Below are positions 22,218-32,052 of a DNA stretch of 64,000 nucleotides, in pieces. Below the pieces are notes generated by a model. It did not search any database. It was given only the letters and a program-made list of their open reading frames with translations, and was not told the DNA's origin. Numbering within the stretch: the stretch's first letter is position 1; each line of letters starts with the position of its first letter. The stretch spans positions 1,152,001-1,216,000 of the forward strand of contig OZ244650.1 of NCBI GenBank assembly GCA_965218785.1. The letters are read 5' to 3'. The position numbers and the translations under genes were made by a program. This DNA comes from Nitrosopumilus sp. GTDB taxonomy: Archaea > Thermoproteota > Nitrososphaeria > Nitrososphaerales > Nitrosopumilaceae.

Positions 22218-22700
22218 ATGCAGTCTGAAATTTCACCATCAAAACTGGTCACACTTTTCAAAGGCATTGAAAAGCCGATTTCAATAAATGGATTCTGTGA
22301 CAAATTGAAAATCCAAAAAATCGCTTATCTGGCACATACATATGGTGTTGATTTGGATTATCCTTTTGAATGGTACATCCGCGGCCCTTATTGCAGGCAG
22401 GTTTCTGAACACGTCCATGAAATTATCAATGCCAAAACAGGGCATACAGACTTTGCCGGATTAGACGAGTCTAAAATAACCAAGTTTGGAGAGTTATTAA
22501 GACCATACATCAATGATACGGACTGGCTGGAAATTGCAGGATCCTTGGTGTATTTGCGCAATGAAAATTATGCAGAAAGACCATTAGAAGACATTATCGG
22601 GTATCTAATTGAAGATTTGATCTGGGGTTACAAAAATTTTGATGAAAGTTTGGTTCGTTCTGTAATTACTGAAATGTCCCGCATGGAATTAATCAAATAA
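22218..22700 (+). CDS. YwgA/SocA-like (Panacea-related) protein
   Basis: KIQKIAYL...LDYPFEWYIRGPY...WLEIAGSL. Confidence 0.65.
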   Translation: MQSEISPSKLVTLFKGIEKPISINGFCDKLKIQKIAYLAHTYGVDLDYPFEWYIRGPYCRQVSEHVHEIINAKTGHTDFAGLDESKITKFGELLRPYINDTDWLEIAGSLVYLRNENYAERPLEDIIGYLIEDLIWGYKNFDESLVRSVITEMSRMELIK

Positions 22701-22732
22701 TAACACCATTGTAGGGTTTTTCTTGCAGTTAT

Positions 22733-22965
22733 CTAGGATGGTGGTCTTGCCGCCGTTGATTAATTTCTCCCTCTATTGATAGAATGTCGGAGGATGTATG
22801 TTATGTTTGCGGCAGTTCTGCCATGCTGATCCGGGTGTTTATGGGTTCTAGGGTGATTCTTGCCTTTTCCTGTGGCGTGAATTTGCTCTTTACCAGTGTG
22901 TTTTACCGCCTAACTTGTTCAAAAAGTGTGTATACACGGGTCTCATTCTAGTGAGGTCTCCACCA
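22733..22965 (-). mobile_element. IS3-family left end plus degraded orfA (HTH transposase)
   Basis: IR ending at 22965, then frameshifted KSKFTPQEKARITLE...MAEL.RKHNIHPPTFYQ...GGK. Confidence 0.8.
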
Positions 22966-23049
22966 TTACGATCCAAGCTTTACATGGAGAGTGTCATGGA
23001 TAACATGCTGGACAAATACAGGAATGTGTAAGACGAGCACATCGTAAAG

Positions 23050-23262
23050 TTGGTAAAAAGACTCGACAGGGTTATACTCAACATGTTTGTGTTTTTGCAG
23101 TATCCTGTGGATCCAACAAACAATGCAGCAGAGCGTGCACTGCGTTATGCTGTTGTATTCAGGAAGATAAGCGGACAGATTCGGGGGGATCAGTCAATGA
23201 GGAGGATGTCCAACATCATGACGTGTGTCCTGACATGGAGGACACATGAAAAAACATCGTAG
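23050..23262 (+). pseudogene. IS66-family transposase C-terminal fragment
   Basis: PTNNAAERALRYAVVFRKISG motif. Confidence 0.8.
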
Positions 23263-23350
23263 AGGAGGTCATGACTAGGATTTAGGGCAGGTGGCCTCAT
23301 ACACTAAATTATCAGAATTATATATATAATATTAAAACTATCAATCAATA

Positions 23351-23766
23351 TTGGAGCTTGATATCCTTGGTATATCTGGTATAATTGCAATTTTCCTGAC
23401 AGTTTTTGTTTTAACACGGACATATCGTAAACAATCAAGGGTTGATTCAGCTAATTTTGGTTTGAACTTGGCCAACGCTCTAACGAAAACTTATAATGAA
23501 AGACCAGAAAAAAGTGATAATACAAAAAAATATAATCATGACTTGAGAATATGGAAAGATAGATTATTTTATGAGATGGAAACAGCATCCATGTTGACTA
23601 AAAAAAAATCATAGAAGAGGACTTCGCATTTCAGTTTTTTGGACATATTTTAAAAGCAATTAATAAAAATGAAGAGTATAAAAATGAGATTACAAAAAAA
23701 AATAGGCATGATCCAGCAGTGTATGATAATTTCGTTTGGTTATTAAATAAATTAAATCCAAATTAA
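23351..23766 (+). CDS. DUF4760-like membrane-anchored protein, frameshifted at an A9 run
   Basis: N-terminal TM; one extra A at 23600-23608 extends the ORF through IEEDFAFQFFG...PAVYDNFVWLLNK. Confidence 0.5.
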
Positions 23767-24150
23767 AAGAAAAATAGATTCATGCAACTCAAGGATACCA
23801 AATTAGATCCCTAATCATTTACCAATCATTATCAGAAATTCCGATTGTGCCTTGACTCGACCCTCATCTCACGAGGGATCCGGCAGCCTGCGGTAAAACA
23901 CGTCACTACTACATATAGTGACACACAAATGTTTTTGAGATCAATTTTATCAAACCAAAAACTACAAGGATCATGGTTGCAGGGTTTAGAAGAGATACAA
24001 TACCACCCTACTGTTATTTCACTCTGGAACACTGCTAGTTGCGGCAATCGTGGTTTTCCCGGTATTTGAGGATAACGTGGATGCAAAGTTGCTGGCCGCA
24101 TTGGTAAGCGGGGAGATGACGTAAGAAGAGTATGATACGGCTAAAAAATA

Positions 24151-24351
24151 TTGTCAAGTAACGGGGGGTCCACAGACAAGTTGGTGCTGGGAATAAACAG
24201 GATCGTGCTTTTGGTATCAGTTGTATGGCTGATAGTCGGAATAAGACAGTGGGTTATACTTTCACGATGGGGCAAGAGATACAAGGTATTCAAAAAGGGC
24301 AGGGATGAGGCAGATAAAAAACTGCAAGAGGAGGAGGATGATAAACAGTGA
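24151..24351 (+). CDS. Small membrane protein fragment
   Basis: One TM segment followed by WGKRY...charged tail; looks like a gene 3' end. Confidence 0.4.
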   Translation: MSSNGGSTDKLVLGINRIVLLVSVVWLIVGIRQWVILSRWGKRYKVFKKGRDEADKKLQEEEDDKQ

Positions 24352-24558
24352 TTCTAGATGATGGTTTAGTACGCTAGGATAACCGTGTGTGCGATAGTTT
24401 CTTTTTTGGGAAATTCCTCAGTACGGGATAGCCGTGTGTGCGGGCGTTTTTGTAATGTCAGTTAATATCATGATCATCATAGTTTAGTGCATCAAGTGAT
24501 TTTTCTATCATCTTGTTTAGCTTGTGACTCTTGTTCTTCTTGTATGTGTCGTTACGAT

Positions 24559-25417
24559 CTATAGTAGTTTTCCCATGTAGTTATGTGGCGGAAGATTCCA
24601 CAGTTTCTCACAGTTGCATACTTGGCATAATAAAACCAGGTTCCATATCTCGGTGTTGCAGATATGGTCAAATGGTATAACGTGGTCTACGTGCGTGTAT
24701 CGGTCATAGTTTAGCCTGCTGTCACAGTAAAAGCAGTTATCCGTAAACAGTTTTAATTTATTCATGAATTTTCGCTGATCACGTGCGTCAGGTGTCATGC
24801 CCTCGATTTTTTGTATCATTCTCGGTGTGCCAAAGTTTCGCATCTCAAGAAATCGGATCCATTCAAGAATTACAGATTTGTGCAAAGGCATAAAATTTTC
24901 TTTGAAAAAACGTATCGCGTCTGGATTGAGCAGTATGCCTCCTTTCGGATCCGTCCTTTTGTTGCCAAATGAATCCTTGTAATCTATTGCAAAATAATCG
25001 TAGAATATCTTTCTCCCGATTCTGCCAATTGACTGAAATCTGTGTATGACATCCTTGCTGCATATGCGTATAATCTCTTTAACACAGTTTGCCACTTTGT
25101 CAGGCTCTTCGTCTTGAATCTTTTCAAATGATTGTGGATATGTGTTAATCAAATTCCTTGTGTATTTCAGTTATGACGCTGAGAATCTGGTTTTTTGGTC
25201 CATGTCGGAGCTTGGATTTGCATTCCTGCAGCCAGCAATATTTAAAAAAGTATTTTGCAATCTCTGAATATTTGACCCTCTGCTTGTCACATCTATGACT
25301 GTGCTCCAAAAGAAACCTTGCAAGTACAAATTTGTACGTGTTGTTTTTTGATCTCTTGGATAAAATTCCTATGAAGGTGTAGCGGAACTCCTCATCGTCG
25401 ATATTCTTAAACTTCAT
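24559..25417 (-). pseudogene. HNH endonuclease, frameshifted (ORFs 25145-25417 and 24559-25152)
   Basis: N-terminal NTYKFVLARFLLE; CFYC...HVDHVIPF...WNLVLLCQVCN..K. Confidence 0.75.
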
Positions 25418-25469
25418 ACAATGCGTTGTCTATAGAATTCTGTTGTTGATAAATTTTATCCTTTTAGAT

Positions 25470-25683
25470 CAAAGAAGGATTTGTAGTCGCACGAATTTGT
25501 AAGATATCAGGAAGTAGAGGCAGTCATTGCAGAAGATTAAAGAGATTACAACCACTCCAGAATTCACGCGATGTTAGGATATGTGACGGCTGGGGAATTC
25601 TTATCACGATGGGAGATGAGAAATAAGTGAAGGCGACTGTAAAAATATGAAAAAAGAAGTCTCATTTAAAGGGGTTCACTCCA
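25470..25683 (+). mobile_element. IS3-family orfB 3' fragment and right IR
   Basis: DYNHSRIHAMLGYVTAGEF...MRNK*, ends TCTCATTTAAAGGGGTTCACTCCA. Confidence 0.8.
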
Positions 25684-25850
25684 AAGACAAGAAAGAAAGA
25701 GAGGCTATACATGATCGGAGGGTGAATTATTTTTCGGATTCACCACCAAAATCAATCAGAAAAAGAGACATCATACCAATAAAATCTGCCATATTACTCA
25801 GATTACAACGTTAAGTTTATTCATTCCTAAAATATCAAACATGTATTCAA

Positions 25851-27008
25851 ATGTCAGAGGAAATAATAGTGGGGGAATCAGTAGATTTAAAACATATCTT
25901 AGAAAAAGAACCCACGATAGAAGATCGTATTGCAGAAATGAGACCAGATGCTAAAGATGGTAAAGTAGTTGCATTTATCGGAGATTCAGGATGTGGAAAA
26001 ACAGTTGTTTCAGCATTATTAAAACATGCATTATCTAAACATTTTATTCCAAATAGTAAAGGAGAGTGGGAAGCAGTACCAAGTAGTGGTTATGAATTTA
26101 TCAATTCAGTAATTTCTGAAATGAAAAAAGGGAAGTTCCCAGATCAAACATTAGAGGAAGATTATCCAAAATTGATCATAGATGTGTATCATACAAAAGG
26201 AAATACTACAAAAATTAAACTAGTATTGCGAGACATGTCCGGTGAAAATTATACTAAATTATTAAGTACAGAAAATCCTAATTTTGAAGAACAAATGAAT
26301 GCACTACTAGATGATCCAGAAAAAAATGTATATATAATATTTGCAAAAATATATGTGATATTAATTGATTGTTCGCAAAAAGATAATTGGGATGCAGACC
26401 CATCATACATTACATCAACAATAAGTAAACTAAAAGAATTCAAAGAAAAAATACACTGTTATGAAGAAGATAAAAAAATCAATAATCCAATTGCAATAAT
26501 TTTTACTAAAGCAGATAGATTGAAAGAAGCAGATCAAATAAAAACCGCTAAAGAATTAATGAAAGAATATCCAGGTTTAGAATCAAGTCTAAATATCAAT
26601 CAAGATGGCTCTAGAGGTTTCTTCAAAGTTAGTGTAGATTCCAAATTAGAAACATCTCATGAAGCAGAAAAAAGAATTAGAGACATAAAAGAACGATTAG
26701 AAAAGAAATTTTTGTTGAAAAAAAATGCACTTAAAACTACGATGAACATCGCAATAGACAAAGCAATTATAGATGTAGAAAGAAATTCTCTGGAGGAGGA
26801 TCAAACTGAAGAGATGATAAACGTAGCCAAAGAAAAAGCAAAGAATGCAGTTCTTGAAAAATACAAAAAAGAATTATCAGAAGAGATGCCCAAATTAAAA
26901 AATAAAGAAAGGCATTTGATACAAAAATGGAATGTTAAAACCCCCTTAAATTATTCAGAAACAGAATACAATAGATTCATTTCATGGATTTTTGAAAATT
27001 TGTCGTAA
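25851..27008 (+). CDS. TRAFAC-class GTPase of the 'double-GTPase' conflict-system type
   Basis: G1 GDSGCGKT, G2 FPDQT, G3 RDMSGE, G4 FTKAD; coiled-coil insert near the C-terminus. Confidence 0.75.
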   Translation: MSEEIIVGESVDLKHILEKEPTIEDRIAEMRPDAKDGKVVAFIGDSGCGKTVVSALLKHALSKHFIPNSKGEWEAVPSSGYEFINSVISEMKKGKFPDQTLEEDYPKLIIDVYHTKGNTTKIKLVLRDMSGENYTKLLSTENPNFEEQMNALLDDPEKNVYIIFAKIYVILIDCSQKDNWDADPSYITSTISKLKEFKEKIHCYEEDKKINNPIAIIFTKADRLKEADQIKTAKELMKEYPGLESSLNINQDGSRGFFKVSVDSKLETSHEAEKRIRDIKERLEKKFLLKKNALKTTMNIAIDKAIIDVERNSLEEDQTEEMINVAKEKAKNAVLEKYKKELSEEMPKLKNKERHLIQKWNVKTPLNYSETEYNRFISWIFENLS

Positions 27009-27014
27009 TAAATT

Positions 27015-28733
27015 ATGTTAATCATAGAACAATTCATCTATACTAGTGCCAATATAGGAGGAAAAAAAGGTTATCAAATTGTTGCAAAAAGTGATGAAGT
27101 ATCAGATAAAATAATTTCTGAAATAAATCCATATTTGTATCCATTAGGTGTAACTTCCAGTAAATTCATTGAATCCTGTTCTTTGCTTCTACTTGGAAAT
27201 AAAATAACATATTCAAAAATAAAAAATATCGGGATAGGTCATGATGGAAGAAATAATACAATTTACAATCACACATTAATAATGAATGTTGAAGATTTTA
27301 AAAAAATCTTAAACGATACTAGAATTTTAGACCAATATTATATAGAAGACTCTACACTTGAAGGGGAATTACCACAATTAAAAATTGAGGAAGGATCTAG
27401 AGTTAAAGACATCATCGTACCAAATGAAATTAATGAACATATACGTGAAATAATGCATGCACTTTTTAATCAAAAATCAATAGCATTTTGTTCATTAGAT
27501 AATATAGAATTAATTCAAAAAATTCTTAGTCTATTACCGCCATCAATGAGATTAATTTCATTTTCAACATTAGTTGTTCAACCATCTCAACAACCAAAAT
27601 ATCGGTTGATTGGGATTGAAAAATCTTCAAAAATAATATTAAATAACAAATTCACTAGAATAGATTTAGAACAAAACAACACCAAAAATAAACGAATATT
27701 AGATGATTCAATAGATTATTTTGTAGATTTATTAAATTCTCATGATATAAAAAAAATTGAAAAGTTTAACAAACAATTTGAGATGTTATCTGGAAATGAT
27801 TTCAAAACCAAACTAACTGTATTGTTCAATATTAAAGAATTTGAGAAATGTCTCGAAAGACCAAACAGGCAAAATAAATCTAACAAAATAATGGATTTGT
27901 TAATTAATTTTGAACCGGCATCAGCTTCTTCAATATATGATAAAATTAGAAATGATTTATCTTCAAACACAATTCAAAAATACATTGTAGAATTTGAGAT
28001 TCCACAAATTTTAAAGGATTTTAAAATGATTCCAATCAAAAAAAACAATATTGAAAATATGTTCAACAGATTAAGTGATGGAGTCTTAGAATCTAGACTA
28101 AAACTACTATCAAAATTAATGGATAAACGCAAAGAAGATTTTTTGGAATACGGCGCATCTTTAATTATAGATACAAGAAATGCATATTACAATATTATAA
28201 TATACAGAGCATTTGTTGAAAAGGATTATTTACATAAATGTATTTTTGAATCGCTGAATGAAAAAAATCATATTCAAGATTATGTGAGAAGAGGAATTTT
28301 TGAAAAAATGTTTATGCTTTCAGTTAAACACAATCCTAAATTGACATTATCGATTTTAGATCATGATAATTTCATACTAGATGATATGCATGATTCGTTA
28401 TTTTTTAAAAAATTAGTAAAAAATTCATTAAATTTTACTATTGTTAAAATCATCAAAGCAGATATGCTTTTGAGCATATCAAGAAGAATATTTCAAAAAA
28501 TACTCAAACCCACTCAAATAACTAAATCTTCAGGAACTATGGAATTGCAAAATTCGGTTTTAGAGTCCCTTTTAGAAATTGCAGAATTCCTTATAGAAAT
28601 ATTAGAATTGACTTTACAAAATCCAGAAACAAACAACAGTATGCATAATGACATACTTCTGCTAAATGACGAAATCCAACAATTCATTAAAAAAAGAAAG
28701 ATTAATCAACCATTCAGATACTCTTGGTTTTAG
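27015..28733 (+). CDS. GAP1-N2-like (GTPase-associated) domain protein
   Basis: N-terminus IEQFIYTS...GYQIVAKS...G.DGR.N....HTLI; central LLPPSMRLISFST; 6 bp downstream of the GTPase. Confidence 0.65.
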   Translation: MLIIEQFIYTSANIGGKKGYQIVAKSDEVSDKIISEINPYLYPLGVTSSKFIESCSLLLLGNKITYSKIKNIGIGHDGRNNTIYNHTLIMNVEDFKKILNDTRILDQYYIEDSTLEGELPQLKIEEGSRVKDIIVPNEINEHIREIMHALFNQKSIAFCSLDNIELIQKILSLLPPSMRLISFSTLVVQPSQQPKYRLIGIEKSSKIILNNKFTRIDLEQNNTKNKRILDDSIDYFVDLLNSHDIKKIEKFNKQFEMLSGNDFKTKLTVLFNIKEFEKCLERPNRQNKSNKIMDLLINFEPASASSIYDKIRNDLSSNTIQKYIVEFEIPQILKDFKMIPIKKNNIENMFNRLSDGVLESRLKLLSKLMDKRKEDFLEYGASLIIDTRNAYYNIIIYRAFVEKDYLHKCIFESLNEKNHIQDYVRRGIFEKMFMLSVKHNPKLTLSILDHDNFILDDMHDSLFFKKLVKNSLNFTIVKIIKADMLLSISRRIFQKILKPTQITKSSGTMELQNSVLESLLEIAEFLIEILELTLQNPETNNSMHNDILLLNDEIQQFIKKRKINQPFRYSWF

Positions 28734-29620
28734 AAAGAAATATGGCCAGTACTCTTGCTAGAGTTTTAGAACAAAAAGGTAGTGATTTATTGTTAGATAA
28801 TCAAAGATTGTGCAAACATCAAAAAACACTACAAAAAACATTGATCATAACTATCGCTTTGATAATAACAGCAGTATTTTATCCATTAATGAAACTTGAA
28901 TTAATTGAATTTCTAAATGAAATTATTCATCATTGGATAATTGTGTTTGCAATAATTTTTTTGGTAAGTAGTGTAATTATATGGATTAAAACTAAACATA
29001 TTAAGAATAAAGTTTCATCCGTAGATTTAGCTTTTTTATTTTCATATAAAGCATATATGGCATTAGAAGCATATTCAGATCGTTCACAATTTAAATCAAG
29101 ATTAAAAAATTTAGAATATGCAATAGAAAATATCAACAGACTAAGTTACAAAATATCTCTCGGATGGAAAACATTTATCAAATATAATGATATTTTACCT
29201 AATTTTGATAAAAACATGAATACTTTTGTAAATAGTTTAACTGGATTAAAAATAGCATTAAAAAAAGAAACACATAAACCAATTAAAATCCAAGTAGCAT
29301 TAATAGAAGTAATGGAATTTTTAAATAATAATAAAAATAATTTTAAAAAAATTAACAAAGAACTGGAAGAATATAATTTTTTAAATCAAACAACAAGCAT
29401 TAAACAAAAAATTAAAGAATCTATGATGAACGGAAAAAATCTAAAACATACAGTTAGGATATCATTTCTTTTATTAATAAGTATATTTCCAACAATTATA
29501 ATAATATTAATAGATCCAAGTTTCATAGCTAATGCCATAACTATTGGTGGAATTTTTACAGTGATATTATTGGGATCATACGTTGCACCACTATTAAAAA
29601 AACTAGCAATGAGCGAATAA
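28724..29620 (+). CDS. Four-TM membrane protein, third gene of the GTPase operon
   Basis: Two N-terminal and two C-terminal hydrophobic helices around a soluble helical domain. Confidence 0.65.
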   Translation: MVLERNMASTLARVLEQKGSDLLLDNQRLCKHQKTLQKTLIITIALIITAVFYPLMKLELIEFLNEIIHHWIIVFAIIFLVSSVIIWIKTKHIKNKVSSVDLAFLFSYKAYMALEAYSDRSQFKSRLKNLEYAIENINRLSYKISLGWKTFIKYNDILPNFDKNMNTFVNSLTGLKIALKKETHKPIKIQVALIEVMEFLNNNKNNFKKINKELEEYNFLNQTTSIKQKIKESMMNGKNLKHTVRISFLLLISIFPTIIIILIDPSFIANAITIGGIFTVILLGSYVAPLLKKLAMSE

Positions 29621-30309
29621 TTAAAAAATATCTAATTAATCTAATCTCAAAGAGGGTTTTTGTTTTCAAAATCTTCAATTTTTTGTTTTAATTCACTAGC
29701 AGAAAATTTGTGAATGTAATCAACAGTTTCAAATAGATAATGCTTAGGGAATTTTTCTAAAAGGAATAGATGTTACTCTTTTGTTTTTGTACTCTCAAGA
29801 TAATTTTCAAAGATCAGAATGGAACTAGATTTTATATTTCTCCATACTTAATAATTAAAATGATGGTTTTGTAAACGTGGACATGTGATTATATTTTTCC
29901 ATTCGTTAAAAAATGGAATATTGAAAAAATTCTAATTTCCGGTGCTAATACTAGGGCATGCTCAATCATCATTCATACACAACTAATATTTTTTACACTG
30001 TTAAATCTACAAGGTTTTTCAACTGTAGGCTACATTAAATTCTTAGAGACATTTCATATTCTCTCAAAATTCTGCAAATTTAGAGACATTGGATTACAGG
30101 TCTCGACAAGCATAAATTAGATCGAGTGTTAAAAATTATCGTGTAATCCCCTTTGCCTGCAATATTGTGAAAAACAATGACGACTGTATTTGGCATCAGG
30201 TATCAAACAGACATGATTTCATCATAAATTAAGAAAACAGACCCTGATGATAATTAGGCAACAACGCGATCAAGATCATAAATAAATATAATAAAAAACC
30301 ACGGATGAC

Positions 30310-30588
30310 ATGACAAATAAATGGTATCATGTAAGTTATGATTTAACAGAATCGGATAATGAGGATTATAATAATTTAATAGAAAAAATTAAAAAATTTC
30401 CAGGATATACACATATACTAAAATCAAGTTGGATTATTAATTCAAATAAGACATCACTTGAAATAAGAGAATCATTGGTGAATGCTATGAGGAAAAACAT
30501 TAAAATTTTTATCTCTGAAATAGACAAAAACTACGCATATCAGCTAAATAAATCAGATGTTGATTTTCTTCGTGATCAATTGTCTTGA
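30310..30588 (+). CDS. Standalone Cas2-like (ferredoxin-fold) protein
   Basis: YHVSYDL...DYNNLIEKIK...HILKSSWII...EIRESL. Confidence 0.65.
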   Translation: MTNKWYHVSYDLTESDNEDYNNLIEKIKKFPGYTHILKSSWIINSNKTSLEIRESLVNAMRKNIKIFISEIDKNYAYQLNKSDVDFLRDQLS

Positions 30589-30765
30589 CATAATTATATG
30601 AGACTAACACAATTAATTCAGATTTTTAATCAATTTCTCAAATTATTCTAATAAAAAAAGCTAAGGATTTTTGAATGTAGTTACGGTCAGAAAGAATTGT
30701 GGAGGATATACTAATACGATTACTCATACGATTCTTTAGACCTGTTATCTTGGTTACATTGTACT

Positions 30766-30897
30766 GATCAAGACATGAGATAAAATCTGAGATGTTTTAA
30801 TCGGAGCAGACGGTCGGCACGCATAATTTCAGACACTAAATAATTAATATTTCTAAACTCAAATTTAGAAATGTTTTATATTTACTGCCTACAATCA
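30766..30897 (+). repeat. ~130-bp direct repeat, copy 1, with 22-bp palindrome at 30850-30871
   Basis: GATCAAGACATGAGATAAAATC...TTAATCGGAGCAGAC...TTTCTAAACTCAAATTTAGAAA...TATATTTACTGCCT. Confidence 0.85.
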
Positions 30898-30924
30898 GTC
30901 TTGCAGATAAACCACAGTAAATTC

Positions 30925-31236
30925 ATGGATTTTCAAGAATTTTGGAAAATCCTATCAATCGAGCTAAAACATACTAAAAGATTTAAGACTCTGAGACAAA
31001 ATAAGTCACTTGAGACCAGTTGTAGAGATGCCAGTTCCATAGAGGTCACACCTGATTCAACCAGAGAATCAAGGAGAATCCAAATCGAACAATTTCAAGG
31101 AATGTGGTACATTATGAAAAATGAGCCCAGAAGCAAAAGATACGTCAATACCAACCAAAGATACTATTCGTTTTGGAATTCTTCATATATCCGTGCATTG
31201 ATTGATCATATCGTAGCTGATCAAGGCATGAAGTAA
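30925..31236 (+). CDS. Hypothetical protein (103 aa) between repeat copies 1 and 2
   Basis: MDFQEFWK...NSSYIRALIDHIVADQGMK; stop codon lies inside repeat copy 2. Confidence 0.65.
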   Translation: MDFQEFWKILSIELKHTKRFKTLRQNKSLETSCRDASSIEVTPDSTRESRRIQIEQFQGMWYIMKNEPRSKRYVNTNQRYYSFWNSSYIRALIDHIVADQGMK

Positions 31237-31346
31237 AATCAGAGATGTGTTAATCGGAGCAGACATCACGCATAACGACACGTACTAAACAACCAATATT
31301 TCCAAATTCGAGTTTAGAAACATTATATATTTACTGCCTTTAATCA
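31219..31346 (+). repeat. ~130-bp direct repeat, copy 2, palindrome at 31299-31320
   Basis: GATCAAGGCATGAAGTAAAATC...TTTCCAAATTCGAGTTTAGAAA...TATATTTACTGCCT. Confidence 0.85.
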
Positions 31347-31810
31347 TCACATATTCTAAGTTTGAATCGGATTACTTTTCTACCTTCTCCGTTTGAATTT
31401 CTTTCCATATCCGAATAATGTGATTCGTAACACACACGGAATTGATACTCCAAATGATTTTGTTGACGTTTTATAAAATAAAGCATCATCCGACCAACAT
31501 TATGTGATTCCAATATTGCATTATTACGATTCGTTATTTTTTGGTCGCCTAGTCCAGACCCCGTATATGTCAGATATTCGTGATTCTCATCCACCGTATC
31601 GGAATACTGCTCTAGTGTAGGGATTTTAGGAATGGTGGTGATCAAAACAATACATTCGTTGGGAGTTGACGGACGTATCCCCCCAGTATTTTGCACGTCA
31701 AATTTTTCACGTAGATCGTCTTCAGTAAAAACATCGCCACGTTTTGGGATTAGATTTTTCTGTTCTTCACTCAAGTACGTTGACAAACATGGATTTTTTT
31801 TATCTGTCAA
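31340..31810 (-). CDS. Standalone SRA/YDG-like modified-DNA-binding domain protein
   Basis: GGIRPS...VLIT...YSD...LTYTGSGLGDQ...NNAILES. Confidence 0.65.
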   Translation of the reverse strand: MTDKKNPCLSTYLSEEQKNLIPKRGDVFTEDDLREKFDVQNTGGIRPSTPNECIVLITTIPKIPTLEQYSDTVDENHEYLTYTGSGLGDQKITNRNNAILESHNVGRMMLYFIKRQQNHLEYQFRVCYESHYSDMERNSNGEGRKVIRFKLRICDD

Positions 31811-31879
31811 CTCAATATCGTCTCCCCCCCCTATTGTATATAATTAAATCGCTCTACGTCCGAGATTGATTGTATTGTA

Positions 31880-32030
31880 GATGAACAAGTCATGAGATAA
31901 AATCGGAGACATATTAATCCCAGAGTAGAAAATTAACACACATAATCACAGGTACTAAATAACCAATATTTCTAAATTCGAGTTTAGAAACATAATATAT
32001 TTACTACCCATAATCACACATTTTGAGATA
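31880..32030 (+). repeat. ~130-150-bp direct repeat, copy 3, palindrome at 31969-31990
   Basis: CAAGTCATGAGATAAAATC...TTTCTAAATTCGAGTTTAGAAA...TATATTTACTACC. Confidence 0.85.
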
Positions 32031-32052
32031 AAATACTATATCGTCAAGTTTT

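Noticed and set aside
24369-24442. Short direct repeat GGATA(A/G)CCGTGTGTGCG
   Set aside because: Only two copies and no context suggesting function
30766-32030. CRISPR array (palindromic repeats next to a Cas2-like gene)
   Set aside because: Repeats are ~130 bp and separated by whole genes of 300-500 bp; no cas1 or effector genes
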